In this document: one piece after another, positions 25,455 to 37,654 of the stretch
How positions within the stretch are numbered: position 1 is the first letter of the stretch
How the letters are laid out: each line of letters opens with the position of its first letter
Source of the DNA: Takakia lepidozioides
Lineage: Eukaryota > Plantae > Bryophyta
Length of the DNA stretch: 64,000 nt
Assembly: GCA_030704615.1 (NCBI GenBank)
Contig: CM060732.1
Location: forward strand, 54,808,001 to 54,872,000
Direction of reading: 5' to 3'
The notes under the pieces: generated by a model
The model's database searches: none
Seen by the model: the letters and a program-made list of their open reading frames with translations, nothing else
Told to the model about the DNA's origin: nothing
Program-made: the position numbers and the translations under genes

Positions 25455-28400
25455 ATGGCCCCGAAGAGAAAGGCAGCAGCAGCGTCTCGTAAGGAAGAAA
25501 ATGGAGAAGTGACAATGCCGAAGAAACGAGGTCGTCCTCCGCGTGTTCAACCTCCCCCTGCCATCCGGTCGCCATCTCCAGCGCGCTCTGCATCGCCAGC
25601 TTTGTCACCGTCTCCCTCCCCTCCGATTAAGAAGAAGCCTCCGAAGAAAGCTGTCAAGACTAAGTTGGCCGCCAAGAACAAGGTGCCTCCTGCTAAGAAA
25701 AGTTCGGAGGATAAGGAGGAAGGTAACGTGAACGGACATGGAGACGAAGACCAGGGCGAAGCTCCGGCTACTGAATCCCCTAGACCTTCGAGTGGAGCGC
25801 TAAAGTATATCGTCATCGAACACTGGTGTGTTGACTTCTCCTTGCATTACTTTCCCGTTGTTGCTCTTTTGAGTCCTCATTTGCATCTGTTGTCCATTAG
25901 GATTATAGGTGAGGATGACAAAACGTCTTTGCCAGACAGTGTGATCATCAGTGAGTATGTCTAATGATTTGACTATGCATATACTGTACAACCTAAGGTC
26001 ATGGCTCAATGTCGCTTGCTGTGGTCTTACTTCCTTCATAAATTGGTGTAAGCTCAGCAGGTCGGGTTGTCTACTCGTGGTTGTCCTGCCTGTCATATTC
26101 ACATGAATGATATTCTTGCATCATTGCATAGGAAGCCACAGACTAGTGCATCAGTGAGTAGCTGGAAAAACATGTAGGGTGTGAGATAATCTTAAGAAAG
26201 ACTGCCACGGAAAACTGTTGTGGTCTTTGTTTGTCAGAACAAAAGTACTGGAACTCTCAGATTAGGCAACTAAGATTCTCTTATGGCTATGGTGAAAGAA
26301 AGGTCTTGATCCTACTGCTCAAGCTTGTTCTACACCACAACCGGTACCAATGCTCACCTCTTGAGAGGCTTTGTGAATTGAACTGCACTTACAGCCATGT
26401 TATCCTTCAAGTGATCATGGTGGCCTTGTTTTTTTGTATCACAGCTGCACATTTTCTACTCTGTCACTCTCTGACCTCACAATGAGTTGAAGCCAATGTA
26501 TATGATGACTGACATTGCAGATGCAATGCTAACATTTTTCCTGAAAAATACTATACTTCAGAAGAAGGGATGTCATAAAGTCTTTTTTTCCCTTTGATTG
26601 GTCAAGACACTCCGATGAAGCTTTAATGCCCTAGGCAACTATGAAACAAGGGAACAACTTTTGGTTGGACTTGTGCACTATTCCAGGGTATAAAGACATG
26701 GGATCTTCTTGGAGGAGAGCACAGCATGTAGGCCAATCTTTCTGTATTAAAAAACTCATTTGTATCTGAGATACATCCTGAGTGTTTAAGGGATGGTGAT
26801 TTCTAAAACATGTACTTCTAATATGGCCATCACATGATAATTGAAGGCATTGATGCCAAATCAGCTCATTAGCTGCAAGTTGGTTTTCACATCCACTTGA
26901 AAGCAGCAAAACTTCTGTCTAACAATCATTCTAGTTTGCTCTCTGCAAACCGTACATGTTTTGCTGCACAGGAAATTGTGAGACCCTGAATTGACCCTCA
27001 ATCGTCCATGTACATCAAACTGAAATATAATGGGAGGTTCACTCACCAGTCTGTGTTCATGTGGGATGCTCGGTGCATATAGCAAGCAATGCCAGTCTTT
27101 CAAGACTCGAGCAGCAAAGATCCAGGATGCTCTTGAAAAATCTATACCTGGCTTGCACGTCTTGGTCAACCCTGATAAGGTTATGTACCTTTCCTTCCCT
27201 TTCCACTCTGACTGCCATGTTGATGGCTTGCTGATTTGATTACTGCTGCATGTGAAACTTGAGGTAGAAAGGGCTGACTGCACATCATGTTAAAGTATCA
27301 CTCGAGTGCAAAGCAACACTGTAGCCCTCTTGTTGATCAAGTTGTGACATGTGGCTGTGGTGGCACTGCCAGCACACTAGAGATGTGTGGGTTGATTAGA
27401 GGCGTAGATAGACCAAGACAAGAGTGTAGCTTGTGAACTGCGCTAACAGTACAGTCCCTCACCAGGTTTTAAGCAAGGTTAAGTCTTAGGTTTACTTGTA
27501 AGGGAAAGGAGAAAAGCAATCTCATAGGGTGCAAACAGTTCTGGTTGCCGAAGTACTGCCATAAAGCCTACACACCTACTGTGGGGCATGAGTAGTTTAC
27601 TGTGGGGAAAAGTTATCCTTTCCCATTGGATCCCTTGTGGCTACTGTCATAACGAGGCTGACAGCTGTAGTTGGCATGGGGCTCCTCGCTACTTGTCAAT
27701 CATATGCAGCCAAGGAAGGGGTGCTTTGAAATCAGAGATGGAGATGGCAACATCTTTGTGTCACTCAAGGTACAGACTTCTTTGTACTTTTATCAACCCC
27801 CATCTTCGTCTGTTTACAGGGCTCTCTTGATGTGAGGTGGCAGTGCTTGGTACCTTGTCTTGTACAGTCTAGCCCATTGGTACCACCACCTGACGTCAAA
27901 TTCATAATTCTTGAACAGCTAGCCAATGGCTCAATTTCATAAGGATCTCCCTATTCAGGAACTTATGCATGATGTCTTCACTCTCAAATCTCGTCCTAAG
28001 GCCCCTCCTCCAAAGGAGTATATCTAAGGGGAGCTTACAGCACATGGCCCGAGACTGCATAATTCAGGGGAAAGTTTTACTGCAATTGGGCCCAAAACTA
28101 GGCCTTAATGAACTGCCCAGATCCAGTCCCCCCAGATCAGCTGAAGGGATTGGGCCAAACCCCACCAATGCAAGAGATGTCCCTGAACTTGTTACCCGTC
28201 CCTTACGACGCAATAACAGTTTAGGGGACTTGGGTTGGACCGGTTTGGTAGCGAAAGAAGGACTGAAGTTTAATTAAATAACTAGACCCCAAGATAGTAG
28301 TGCCTATTCTTGGTATTGGGCTGTAGTCTGTAGAATAAGGGCCTGACTTGGCTCTTACCATTGCTTGGGAATCTTACCCTGGGTATTCGGGCTGTAGTAG

Positions 28401-29103
28401 AAAGCGCCCCTTAACTACAGTTTCTCAAACTGTCACACATTTACTGATCCAAAATCTACAAATGCCAACAAATTCCAAATTCCAATATTTTTGTCATTCG
28501 TGAGGAGACAGAGCATTACGATTTTGCACATGTAATTTCTATAAGGATTGGATATGACAAACTCAACTGGGCCTTTTGGCTAATGGTTGAAACAAACACT
28601 TCGAAACTGTAGATCTCTACTCCATGCAGAAACCCCTGTTAGTAAATGTTACATTTGATGTTTTAGTAGGCAAAGTGGGGTAGTTTTCCCTAGGCAATGG
28701 ACCTAGTGTATCATCCACTCTTCCAGACTGCAGGGTGAACACTTCAATCTAGACTGCAGGGCTGTAACTACACCTCTGGGAGAAGCTGATGTCTTGTGGA
28801 TTGCGAAATTGCTTCTCAAGAAAGTTTAGACCACCTCTAATCTTGGCAATCCACATTTTCATCTTGTCAAAGAATCTTCATGTGTTCCTCGTGCAAGTAG
28901 TAGCACTCTTGGGTAAGAGTCTTGTTGGGTATTTATATAAAGCTTTCAGAGTGTATTCAGTCTGTCATTCAATGTCTTTTGACATGTGGTTTTGTGGTTG
29001 AGAATAGGATATGCCAAGACCTTTCAAAAAGCTTAAAGCTCTTGACCTCAATGTCACGGCAGCAGATATTGTTGCAAAGCTGGGCATAACTGGTGCATGC
29101 TAA
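25455..29103 (+). CDS. Selenoprotein H-like / Rdx-family thioredoxin-fold protein (CxxC) with AT-hook
   Basis: Exons 25455-25825 (KKRGRPPR AT-hook; IVIEH), 27083-27179 (CKQCQSFKTRA..VLVNPDK), 27710-27769 (PRKGCFEIRD), 29008-29103 (DMPRPFKKLKALD..*). Phases are consistent. Confidence 0.9.
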
Positions 29104-30562
29104 GGATGTGAGGGTAGTAGTTGAGCTGGAGAGGGAGCCTCTTCTGAGGTAAACTAGTGGCATGCTCGAAGTGGAGGAGGCATAGTCTAGGAGAAGGTTC
29201 AACTTAAAAATGATCTGCTTAAACTTCATTCTTCGAGGCCCTGATGTGGCTACACAATGCCTTAAAGTTCATTGTTCACTTTTTGTCTTCTGTTTTCCTC
29301 TTGAGATGCATGGGCTACATGGATGGTATGAGGTTTCTCGACTTTGTCAATGCCCGTTGAAGTTAGTGCAGATTGCAAATGTGACAAATACGTTGTTATA
29401 AGTGAGTTGAATAAGCGCACTAAAGAGGTTCAGAATTGATGACACCATGTATTACCTAACAATCTTCCTTGTGGAGAATTTCTAGTATTGATTGTAAAGC
29501 ATGTCCCTTTTGTTTTTCTGCACAGTCCAACAACACCACTCATTTCTATTATGGTGCTCAATGCCACTTAGAACTTAAGTGCAATAAAACCTGCATTCCA
29601 GGTATGGAAATATGTGCATAGATTTCTCTCGTTGTGCTGAGCTTTGGATAGTTATAATGAAATGACATGAAATGCTCTCCATTATTAGCTTGCGGAACCG
29701 TTCGCGCTGCAGGAGGATCTTGCATCAATGAATTGCTGTGGCAAAGACTGACCCCTACAGATAATTGGTTGGTTTCATATTATTCTCTATTGAAAGGAGT
29801 CGATCAACGAACCATAGGTGCTTTTGCTTTCGGACAGTGGCAAATATATTCCAACCCCTAGGAAAACCTCCATGTCTTTCTGTGAAGGGAGACTGGCGAA
29901 TAATTTGTAACAAAATCCAGAGAAAAACTAGGTTTATTAGTTACGAAGAGACCGATGAGCAGTTGAGACGATCAAAGCTACCAAATCTTCTAAGGTCGGT
30001 CGGCTCTACTGGTTGCCTTGATGAGTCTACAGCTGATGGGATGCTAAAGACCCTAACCTCTTGGCCAAGTCTCGGAGGTGATTTACAGTCTACTTGGAGG
30101 TTCCATCGTGCCCAAAAGTATTAGAAACCTTTCCCACAGCTACTTTTTGTTCACCTCTCATTCTGTCACAAATCTGCTCGGATTCACTAATTGAGACTTA
30201 TGAATCAAAATCTTACAAGAGTAAGGTACACACAATGGATGTGACGTTCAAAAAATTTCATGGTTGGGACTTGTCAGGCTACAAATGCAAGATGTGGTTT
30301 GTACGTATGTGGCCCATCAAACCATGTGTGAATGTCTAAAATCCTTCAGTAATTTGAACATAGTCTGGGTTAGTGCCAGTGCCTAGTTGATACAGAAATC
30401 AGCTCTCCGTCCCCTCATCAACTCGTCCTCTCTCACCTGTCCTCAAGCTTCAATGTCTCCTCAAACTTGAAGCGGCCAGGCAAGACAGGTCAGATTGGAT
30501 CGGTGGGAGCGGCCTCAGGGCTGAGCTGAGCTGCCAGATCCTTCACCTGCGAACCCTTGCCC

Positions 30563-30850
30563 CTAAACTGAAACAATTTCCCCCATGCCGATTTCCCCTA
30601 CATTTGAACGGAACCATTGAGAACCAGAAAACTGTTTCAACATGTATTCCAGCCGTGCACGCTCTCTCTTGCAATCTTCACTGCTGGCGATGGGACGAGA
30701 AAACCCAAAATCAATCAAACGAACTCCCTGCCCTCTCTTTACAACCAAGATATTATTGCACTGGATGTCCCCATGAAGAATTCCAGATTTATGCACAACA
30801 TTGAGTGCATCAAATGTCTCCTTAATGGCGTGAGAAAACACGGAGAGCAA
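30563..30850 (-). pseudogene. Protein kinase C-lobe fragment
   Basis: VHKSGILHGDIQCNNIL and VRLIDFGFSR motifs; no N-lobe or upstream exons seen. Confidence 0.6.
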
Positions 30851-31334
30851 TCAGAGATAGGAGACCAGAATTCAGAGCGAGAGGGCGAGAGGGACTGAGC
30901 GAGAGTAGAGGGAATGAGCACACATGTGAGCCTCCCTGGGGGTAGTCATAAACCTAAAATCCAACTAGGAATTACCACCAGGCTTAAAGTCATCAAACCA
31001 AACCCTAACAGTGATCGATCCGCACCGTTGGATCTACGAATCTGACGGCATGAAGTTACAAATTCTGTGCACCAATTCGTCCACTTTCGTTCATCCAATC
31101 TGGTCGTTCACTTCTCCTCGTTCATCCGTTCATTTATCGTCTTGATTGCAATAACCATCCATTAGAACCCCGTGGCCAGGGAACGGAGCTTTGGATTTAT
31201 CCGTGTAATTCCATTAACGATATTTAAGTCGGAGATGGTTTATATACTAGGCCTCAAAAGAAAATTGTGATGCAAAAAAACTGGGTCCAACTTTTAAAAC
31301 CTTCTTACTCTCTGGCATATTTGGAAATCCAGGT

Positions 31335-31700
31335 GTGCTAATTGGTATGACTCCGAATTCCCTTGTCTTAGAGCGGTGCTTAAGAGGATCTTCTTTGATC
31401 TATGGGTTGAGGGGAGGAAGGCATGGGGGCGGGTGGTGGCAGCTCTTTGCAGATGTTCTCAAGCGAAACGGACCAAGCTATTTCAAGAGTTCGACAATTC
31501 GTGGGAGTGGCGAGACATCATCTGCACCAAAGATGGGGATAAATGCACTTTCCACTCATCCAATGAGGGCCCCTCTAGCCCCTGGCCATCGCCTCTGGAC
31601 TTCGAGGAAGACATTAATTGGAAACACAGGAAGAACAGGAACTCAAAGATTAAGGCTCACCTTAATTTCGAAGCCCTTAGAACCAAGCGCTAGGCGGCGG
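31335..31700 (+). mobile_element. Possible 3' fragment of an L1-type LINE ORF2
   Basis: W..GRKAW...FQEFDNSW spacing reminiscent of L1 ORF2 C-termini; no RT adjacent. Confidence 0.3.
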
Positions 31701-32252
31701 TTTGGTTAATCTGTTCTCCCTTGCATTGTTGGTTCTGCAGGCTCGCTGATTTGCTGATGGCATAGATGGTGGAATCTTCTTCTTAGATTTATGCCTTGGT
31801 GGTTAGTTCTCAGGTCTGGTTTTAAAGCTGCCGTTTCTTTCAGTAAACCATGACTGGTGTCTTACCTCCCCGTTGTGGCTCTGTTTTGCTTCAGGCATAG
31901 ATGGTAGAACCGTTGTACAAAAAGACGAGCGCTGAAGAGATCTTTTGCAATTTGCGAGGCACTGAAGGGGTGGGCGTGGACAAAGGCTTTGAATTGGCAT
32001 TGTGGATCACACAGATTTGAACTTAAAAAGAAGCTAGCTTGATTTTGATTTCTTCAGATGTTTGAATTGTGAACTGGCCGGATCACAAGAACCATAGCAG
32101 GGTTGCTTATAACAAGGAACTTATGTCTTTGTCCCGTGGCACTATGGTGGGAAACACGTTATATTTCCCTGATAGATAGAGGTAGTTATGTAGGCAATGT
32201 TGAAATCCCATTATTATCTAGGGAATAAAAACTAGTATACAAGGATATCAAC

Positions 32253-32896
32253 GCCTCTCATTGTTTAATAATAGGGTCATGAATGTACGGGCGGGCCCCG
32301 CCAGTACGACCCTTGGGGTGAGCTCGTAAGCCCACCGCCCATTCACCGGGTTGGCGAGATTCTGAAATTTTTCGAAATCCTTGTTAATCTACCGTGGCAG
32401 ACCTTCTAGCGGACTGGGCAGACCCTCCAACAGACCGACTCCAACCTTCTAGCAGACCCTCCGGCACTCCGGCAGACCGACAAGCGGACTGGCACCTCTC
32501 CAGCAGACTAGGCAGACCCTTCGACAAAATATATATTTAATAACACACATTACTGCCACAATACAACATAACGAGATTTGAACACCATACCTCGTGTTTA
32601 TCATTCATTGCTCTTAACCACATTCATTGCTCTTAACCACCACACTACCCACCACTTTCTAAAAATCTTTGCAATAACTAATGCTTTATGTGCATATTGT
32701 GGGCCCCAGCAGACTAGCTCATGTGTTTTGTGGGCCGGAGACCAGCTTGCCGAGCATACCCACAAGCAGACTGGCGGGGATTGGCGGGGTCCGGGTAGGG
32801 GCGCTCCCACCCTCCGCGGACCCCTCTGCCACACGCGGGCCCCGCCACAGCCACACGCGCGGGCATTCATGACCCTATTATTGTTAAATGAGAAGC
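32253..32896. mobile_element. Mutator-type MITE (644 bp)
   Basis: TIRs GCCTCTCATTGTTTAATAATAGGGTCATGAATG / CATTCATGACCCTATTATTGTTAAATGAGAAGC; 9-bp TSD GATATCAAC at 32244-32252 and 32897-32905. Confidence 0.9.
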
Positions 32897-33565
32897 GATA
32901 TCAACGTCCCTCCCAGTAAAGATTAGTCTCTACATGGGAAAATATCCTTTCAACCGACATTCTCATAAGAAATGGGGGAATCTACAATTTCTCATGGGAA
33001 AATTTTGAAAATATCACATTTTTGCACTGGACTTCAACATACAACAATGGGATTTCGGTCAAAATTAATCCAAGAGGGGATGTTGTAGAGTCTTGTAAAC
33101 ATAATTGTTTAGAGGCGAAAACTCAACTCAGACAACTTCAAATAATTCAAAAGTGTCTTTCCAACTTCAGCACATACTCAAAAAGAAAATCCTGCCTATA
33201 TTATTCTTAGTTGGAGTAGAGATGGTGTGGTTGGAGTCGCCTCGATTATACCAAAATCTGCTTTTTAAGATCACCTTCTCGTAATATGCTTGAAAGCGGT
33301 AAAGGAGGTGTTGACGAGATGGCAGGGAGAGTAGACACAGAGCGGGAAGTAACGAGAGAGCTATGGCGGCTGACGAGCTCGCTAAGTCCACGATAGTCAT
33401 GACTAGAGTGGCGGCAGTGCCAGCTTGCAAGGGGAATAGGAAGAGAAAAAAGCAAAAATAGGGGAACCCTAAAAAGATATGTCGTGCGCATACGTATCGC
33501 TACACAACTACATCGCTGTCCAAACTACACCACACATATATGGACAATAAAGTAGTCTGCCACAA

Positions 33566-34002
33566 TGATAGAAACTAAACTCACACTATTGACACAGAAA
33601 CACTCAATACAACACAATCACTCATTAAAACTACGAGTCGAGCCAGAGGCACCCCAAGCTATGGGGACTCCACCCCACAACATCTTATTCTCCCTTCATA
33701 AGCACACTTAGATTCTAAGCAGTGAAGGAGCTCGGTCGTGCAGGCTCAACTCGAGAGAGATGAGCCGCACGACTGACGCTCTCGTGAAGATAAGATGGTT
33801 CAGGTGTCAAGCTAAACTTGACACCTAACTTAACACTTGAACTAAATTCAAGTGTTAAATACAAATAACTAGCTTTATTCTAGTTAGTTTCACACTGTGT
33901 TTATTTAACTTGACAGCTGTCGTGCGCATACGTATCGCTACACAACTACATCGCTGTCCAAACTACACCACACATATATGGACAACAAAGTAGTCTGCCA
34001 CA
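33566..34002 (-). repeat. Complete LTR-equivalent (A+GC+B, 437 bp, TG...CA) directly after the polypurine tract
   Basis: Minus strand: PPT GCTAGGGGGGCGAT, then TGTGGCAGAC...GTTTCTATCA. Confidence 0.8.
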
Positions 34003-34262
34003 ATCGCCCCCCTAGCTGGTGGATAGGTCTCTCTAACTCCAGATAGCTACAAGATGTAATAGCCACAGCCATACTAAGTCCTCTATCACTGTCCCTATTG
34101 TACTCAAACTCTATAGACCAAGAGGCCGGGTACAAGAGTAGCCCCATCGTTAGTCGTCGTCTTGCAATCTGTGAACTTGAGTCAGGATCTCGTGTGTTCA
34201 AGGTCTCCTAGTAGTTTGGCCTTGCATTTCTTGTTAGTCTTCCATGGTTGTATCCACTCCCA

Positions 34263-35600
34263 CTATCCAATGCAATGCGGATATAACCAATCCCCATCAG
34301 GAACCATCTCAAGAGGCGGAGTCAAACATCCCATATGTCAACCTCTAGAGCATCGGTCACACACCAGCATGGTGGCTGCCCCTCTAGCAGACCCACACAA
34401 CATGCACCTCAAACTTGCAGGTACCACTGCCAGGATTGGATCAATCCTGCCATCGACATTCGGAAGGTGACATGGCGCACAATTACGCACATGGTCCTTC
34501 CAAGTTATGCCATCCCGACCCTCCAAGATCAAGACGCCTGAGGGCAATACCTCTCGAACCCTCAAAATAACACGTCCTGCAGTCACATCCAAGGTCGTAG
34601 GAGCAGTCTGCTGTAGATAAACATAGTCACCAGGGTTAAATCTCCGGATCCCAGGACGATAGCCCCCACCACGTATGGTAGCATACCTCAATGTATCATG
34701 ATATTGTACAATGGCAAGATTCTCGAAAGCCATAGGCATGACTTTCTTGAACAACTCTGCACGCTGAACACATACACGTGCCCACATATCCGGATCATCA
34801 AGGTTAAGAACTGTAGCAGCTTCTCTACGAATGGATGTAGGCAGGCTCTCGGCCAAAGAGAAGAAAGTAGGGTGAGAAGGAGGCAAGTGATGCTTGCTTG
34901 CTGAACCTGTAGCCCATGGCTAACCAGGGTAACTGAAGGTCCCAATCTCCTAGGTGTCCCTTCTGCAAGCCATACTTGCGCAAACCCCTCTTTACTGTCT
35001 GAACAACTCTCTCTGCCAAGCCATCGGCCTCAGGATGATCCCGAGAAGTGGTGCGGTGGTCTACCAAGGCCTTGTCATACAAAGCCTGAAACTCCCCCAA
35101 GAACTCTCTCCCTTGGTCCGTGAGTACCTCAGTTGGAGCACCGAATCGGCTAAGTACACAATCCAAGAATGCATACGCAGCTCCCTCACTAGCCTTATTA
35201 GGCAATGGAACCAACTCGATCCACTTGGAGAAGTGCTCCACCATCACCAACACGTACTTGTTGTGGCGCATGGTCAGTGGCAATGGCCCTGCGAAGTCAA
35301 GACTTCACCTGTAGCCCAATCCCATGATCGGAAGAGGGTGCAATTGTGGAGTAGGGGCGTTGAATGAAGCGCGCACCCTGTCACACCATGCACCTAGCCA
35401 CAATTGTTGCATCTCTGTGTGCATACCACGCCACCAATACTGCCCCTACAATAGACTATGAGTGCGTCGCACCCCAAAATGCCCCAACTCCTCATGGGCA
35501 TGCCGCACTAACCGTGCCTGCTGTGTTGGGTGAGGCACAATCCTCACTCGACCATCCTCCCACACTCGGAGCAAGTGTGTCCCCTCCCACTTGAACCTCT
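34263..35600 (-). pseudogene. DDE integrase (H2C2 finger + core) with C-terminal PHD finger
   Basis: HEELGHFG; VEHFSKW; LTDQGREF; HPEADGLAERVV; PHD CMLC..MLVCDRCSRG*HMGCLTPPL..VPDGDWLYPHC at ~34410-34270. Confidence 0.92.
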
Positions 35601-35871
35601 TGGCTTGTTGTAGGATCCGATCCCTCTCCTTGGCAGTCAAAGTGGCTACCGTCTCCAGTGCGAGGTAGTCCAACACAGCTGAATCCTCATGTATATCTTT
35701 GGCCCCTTGCTCATTGCTGGCCTTAGGGTCCTCAGACACTTGATCTACAGTCATCCCTGTTGCAGGTCCAACCTGGCCTTCCGCTGCCAAGATACACAGA
35801 AATGCAGATGCATGCCATCCGGGCACCATCTCCTCGTCTGTCTCACCATGCCACCAAGCTCCAGTGTCATC

Positions 35872-37300
35872 CTACTGGCTCGTGCATGGATTGCGACTCA
35901 ACCCATCTGCATCCCGATTGACCAAACCCGGTCGATGCATAACCTGAAAGTCATACTCTTGAAGGATGAGTGCCCACCGTGCAAGCTTCCCCGTAAGCTT
36001 GTCTGACTCCATCAACCACTTGAGTGGTTGGTGATCCGTGACAAGGGTGAAGAGATTGCCGTATAGATAGCACCTGAAATGTGCCACGGCCCACACTGCA
36101 GCTAAGCATTCTCCCTCATATGAGCTATACTTAGACTCTGCAGCGTTGTTCGAGCGGCTAGCATAAGCCACTATGAACTCTCTTCCCTCATCATCCACAT
36201 GTGTGAGCACCGCTCCAAGCCCCAGCATGCTCCAATCTGTATGCAGCTGAAAAGGACGCCCCCTGATAGGTCGTCTCAAGATGGGCGCCGAGGTCAACCT
36301 CGCCTTGAGCTCTTGAAAAGCTTGTTCTTGCTCATCTTCCCACTGCCACTCTTGGTCCACCTTGGTCAGTTTGGTTAGAGCCTTTGCAATGGCACTAAAT
36401 CCCTTAACAAAACCGTCTATAATAGTTTGCTAACCCCATGAAAGCTCGAACTCGGCTCACATCCGTGGGGCGTGGAATCTGTGCAATGGACTCTACCTTA
36501 GTCTGTTGTACCTCCAATCCTCCAGGATATATCATGTGACCCAGATACTCAATTTGATTGTGGAAAAACTTGCACTTCCCCTAACTTCAATCCGTGCGCC
36601 CTCAAGCGCTCAAATATCACTTGAAGGTGTCTCTCATGCTCCTCCATCGTAGCACTAAAGATGATGATGTCATCTATGTAGCACTGAGCAAACTCCACCC
36701 CTGCTAGAATCCTGTCCATGACTCTCTGAAACTCTGCAGGAGCGTTCTTAAGCCCAAATGGTAAGAACCGCCACTGGTATAGGCAATCCCCGTGCTCATT
36801 GATCCCCCAGAATGTCGTCTTCTGCTTATCCGCCTCCTTGATCGGCAACTGGTGATATCCGGATCGTAAATCCAAAGTGCTAAAGACCTTGGCATGCCCA
36901 ATGGCATCAAAGATCTCATCTGGTGTCGGCATGGCATACCTATCGGACTTGGTCTGACGATTTACAGGCCGGTAATCACTGCACATACGTCTCTCCGTCC
37001 AATTGCCATAGACATCCTTCTTGGCTGGCATCACTGTGGCTGAAGCATACTCTCCCCCAGATAGCTCTACCAAACCAACCTCCCAAAGGTCCTGAGTTCT
37101 CATCTAAATCAAGGACCTCTCCATGTCACTGTATCTATAGGGTCTCCGAAAGATTGGCGTGTCAATAGCCAATTCAATGCAAATCTCTTGACCCTTCAGT
37201 GCTCCTAAGTCCTTCAAACTGAAGGCAAAGCAGTTCATGTAAACCCTCAAGAACCGCCGTATACGTCGTCTTTCTCCTCCGGTGATTATAGGTCCAACAT
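35872..37300 (-). pseudogene. Gypsy reverse transcriptase and RNase H
   Basis: RMCSDYRPVN, FSTLDLRSGYHQ, LPFGLKNAPAEFQ, CYIDDIIIFS; RNase H LHTDWS..GLGAVL, YEGECLAAVWA, TDHQPL, NRDADGLSR. Confidence 0.95.
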
Positions 37301-37654
37301 CAGGCTCCCAGTTGTCCTCCGTGACTGCAACCTTGAGTCCAGCAGGCTTAGAGGTAGAAGACGCGTCCCGTGGTTGCTATGCTGCAACCTCTTGAGCAGT
37401 GACCACTGCCTCTTTTGTCATTGACAATGTCTCATCCTGCCCCATCATCCCATCCTTGAGGACCTCCTCAACCCGAGAAAAATCCCCAACCTCATCCATC
37501 ACGGCCGCCTTGGCTGCCAACTCGTTTTGAACCTCGAGCACCTCCCACATGTGCCATGGATGCGGCCTGCACCTCGTGGTCCTCACCTCTTCGCCCCCAC
37601 TCGCTGCCTGTACCGTCTCGGTAGGCAGGGAGACCATCAAGGGAAGTGTACTCC

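Noticed and set aside
28833-28841. ACCTCTAAT as the left TSD of the MULE ending at 57494
   Set aside because: Not followed by a TIR and lies in an intron of the SelH-like gene; chance match
33167-33430. Short hydrophobic minus-strand ORF next to the Gypsy insertion
   Set aside because: No recognisable motif or further exons
33480-34002. DIRS/Ngaro (tyrosine recombinase) classification based on split direct repeats
   Set aside because: No YR motif seen; the element has a DDE integrase, Gypsy RT/RNase H, a PPT and a TSD
34338-34340. TGA in the PHD as a recoded Sec/readthrough codon
   Set aside because: Simplest explanation is TGG>TGA decay, like other stops in the element
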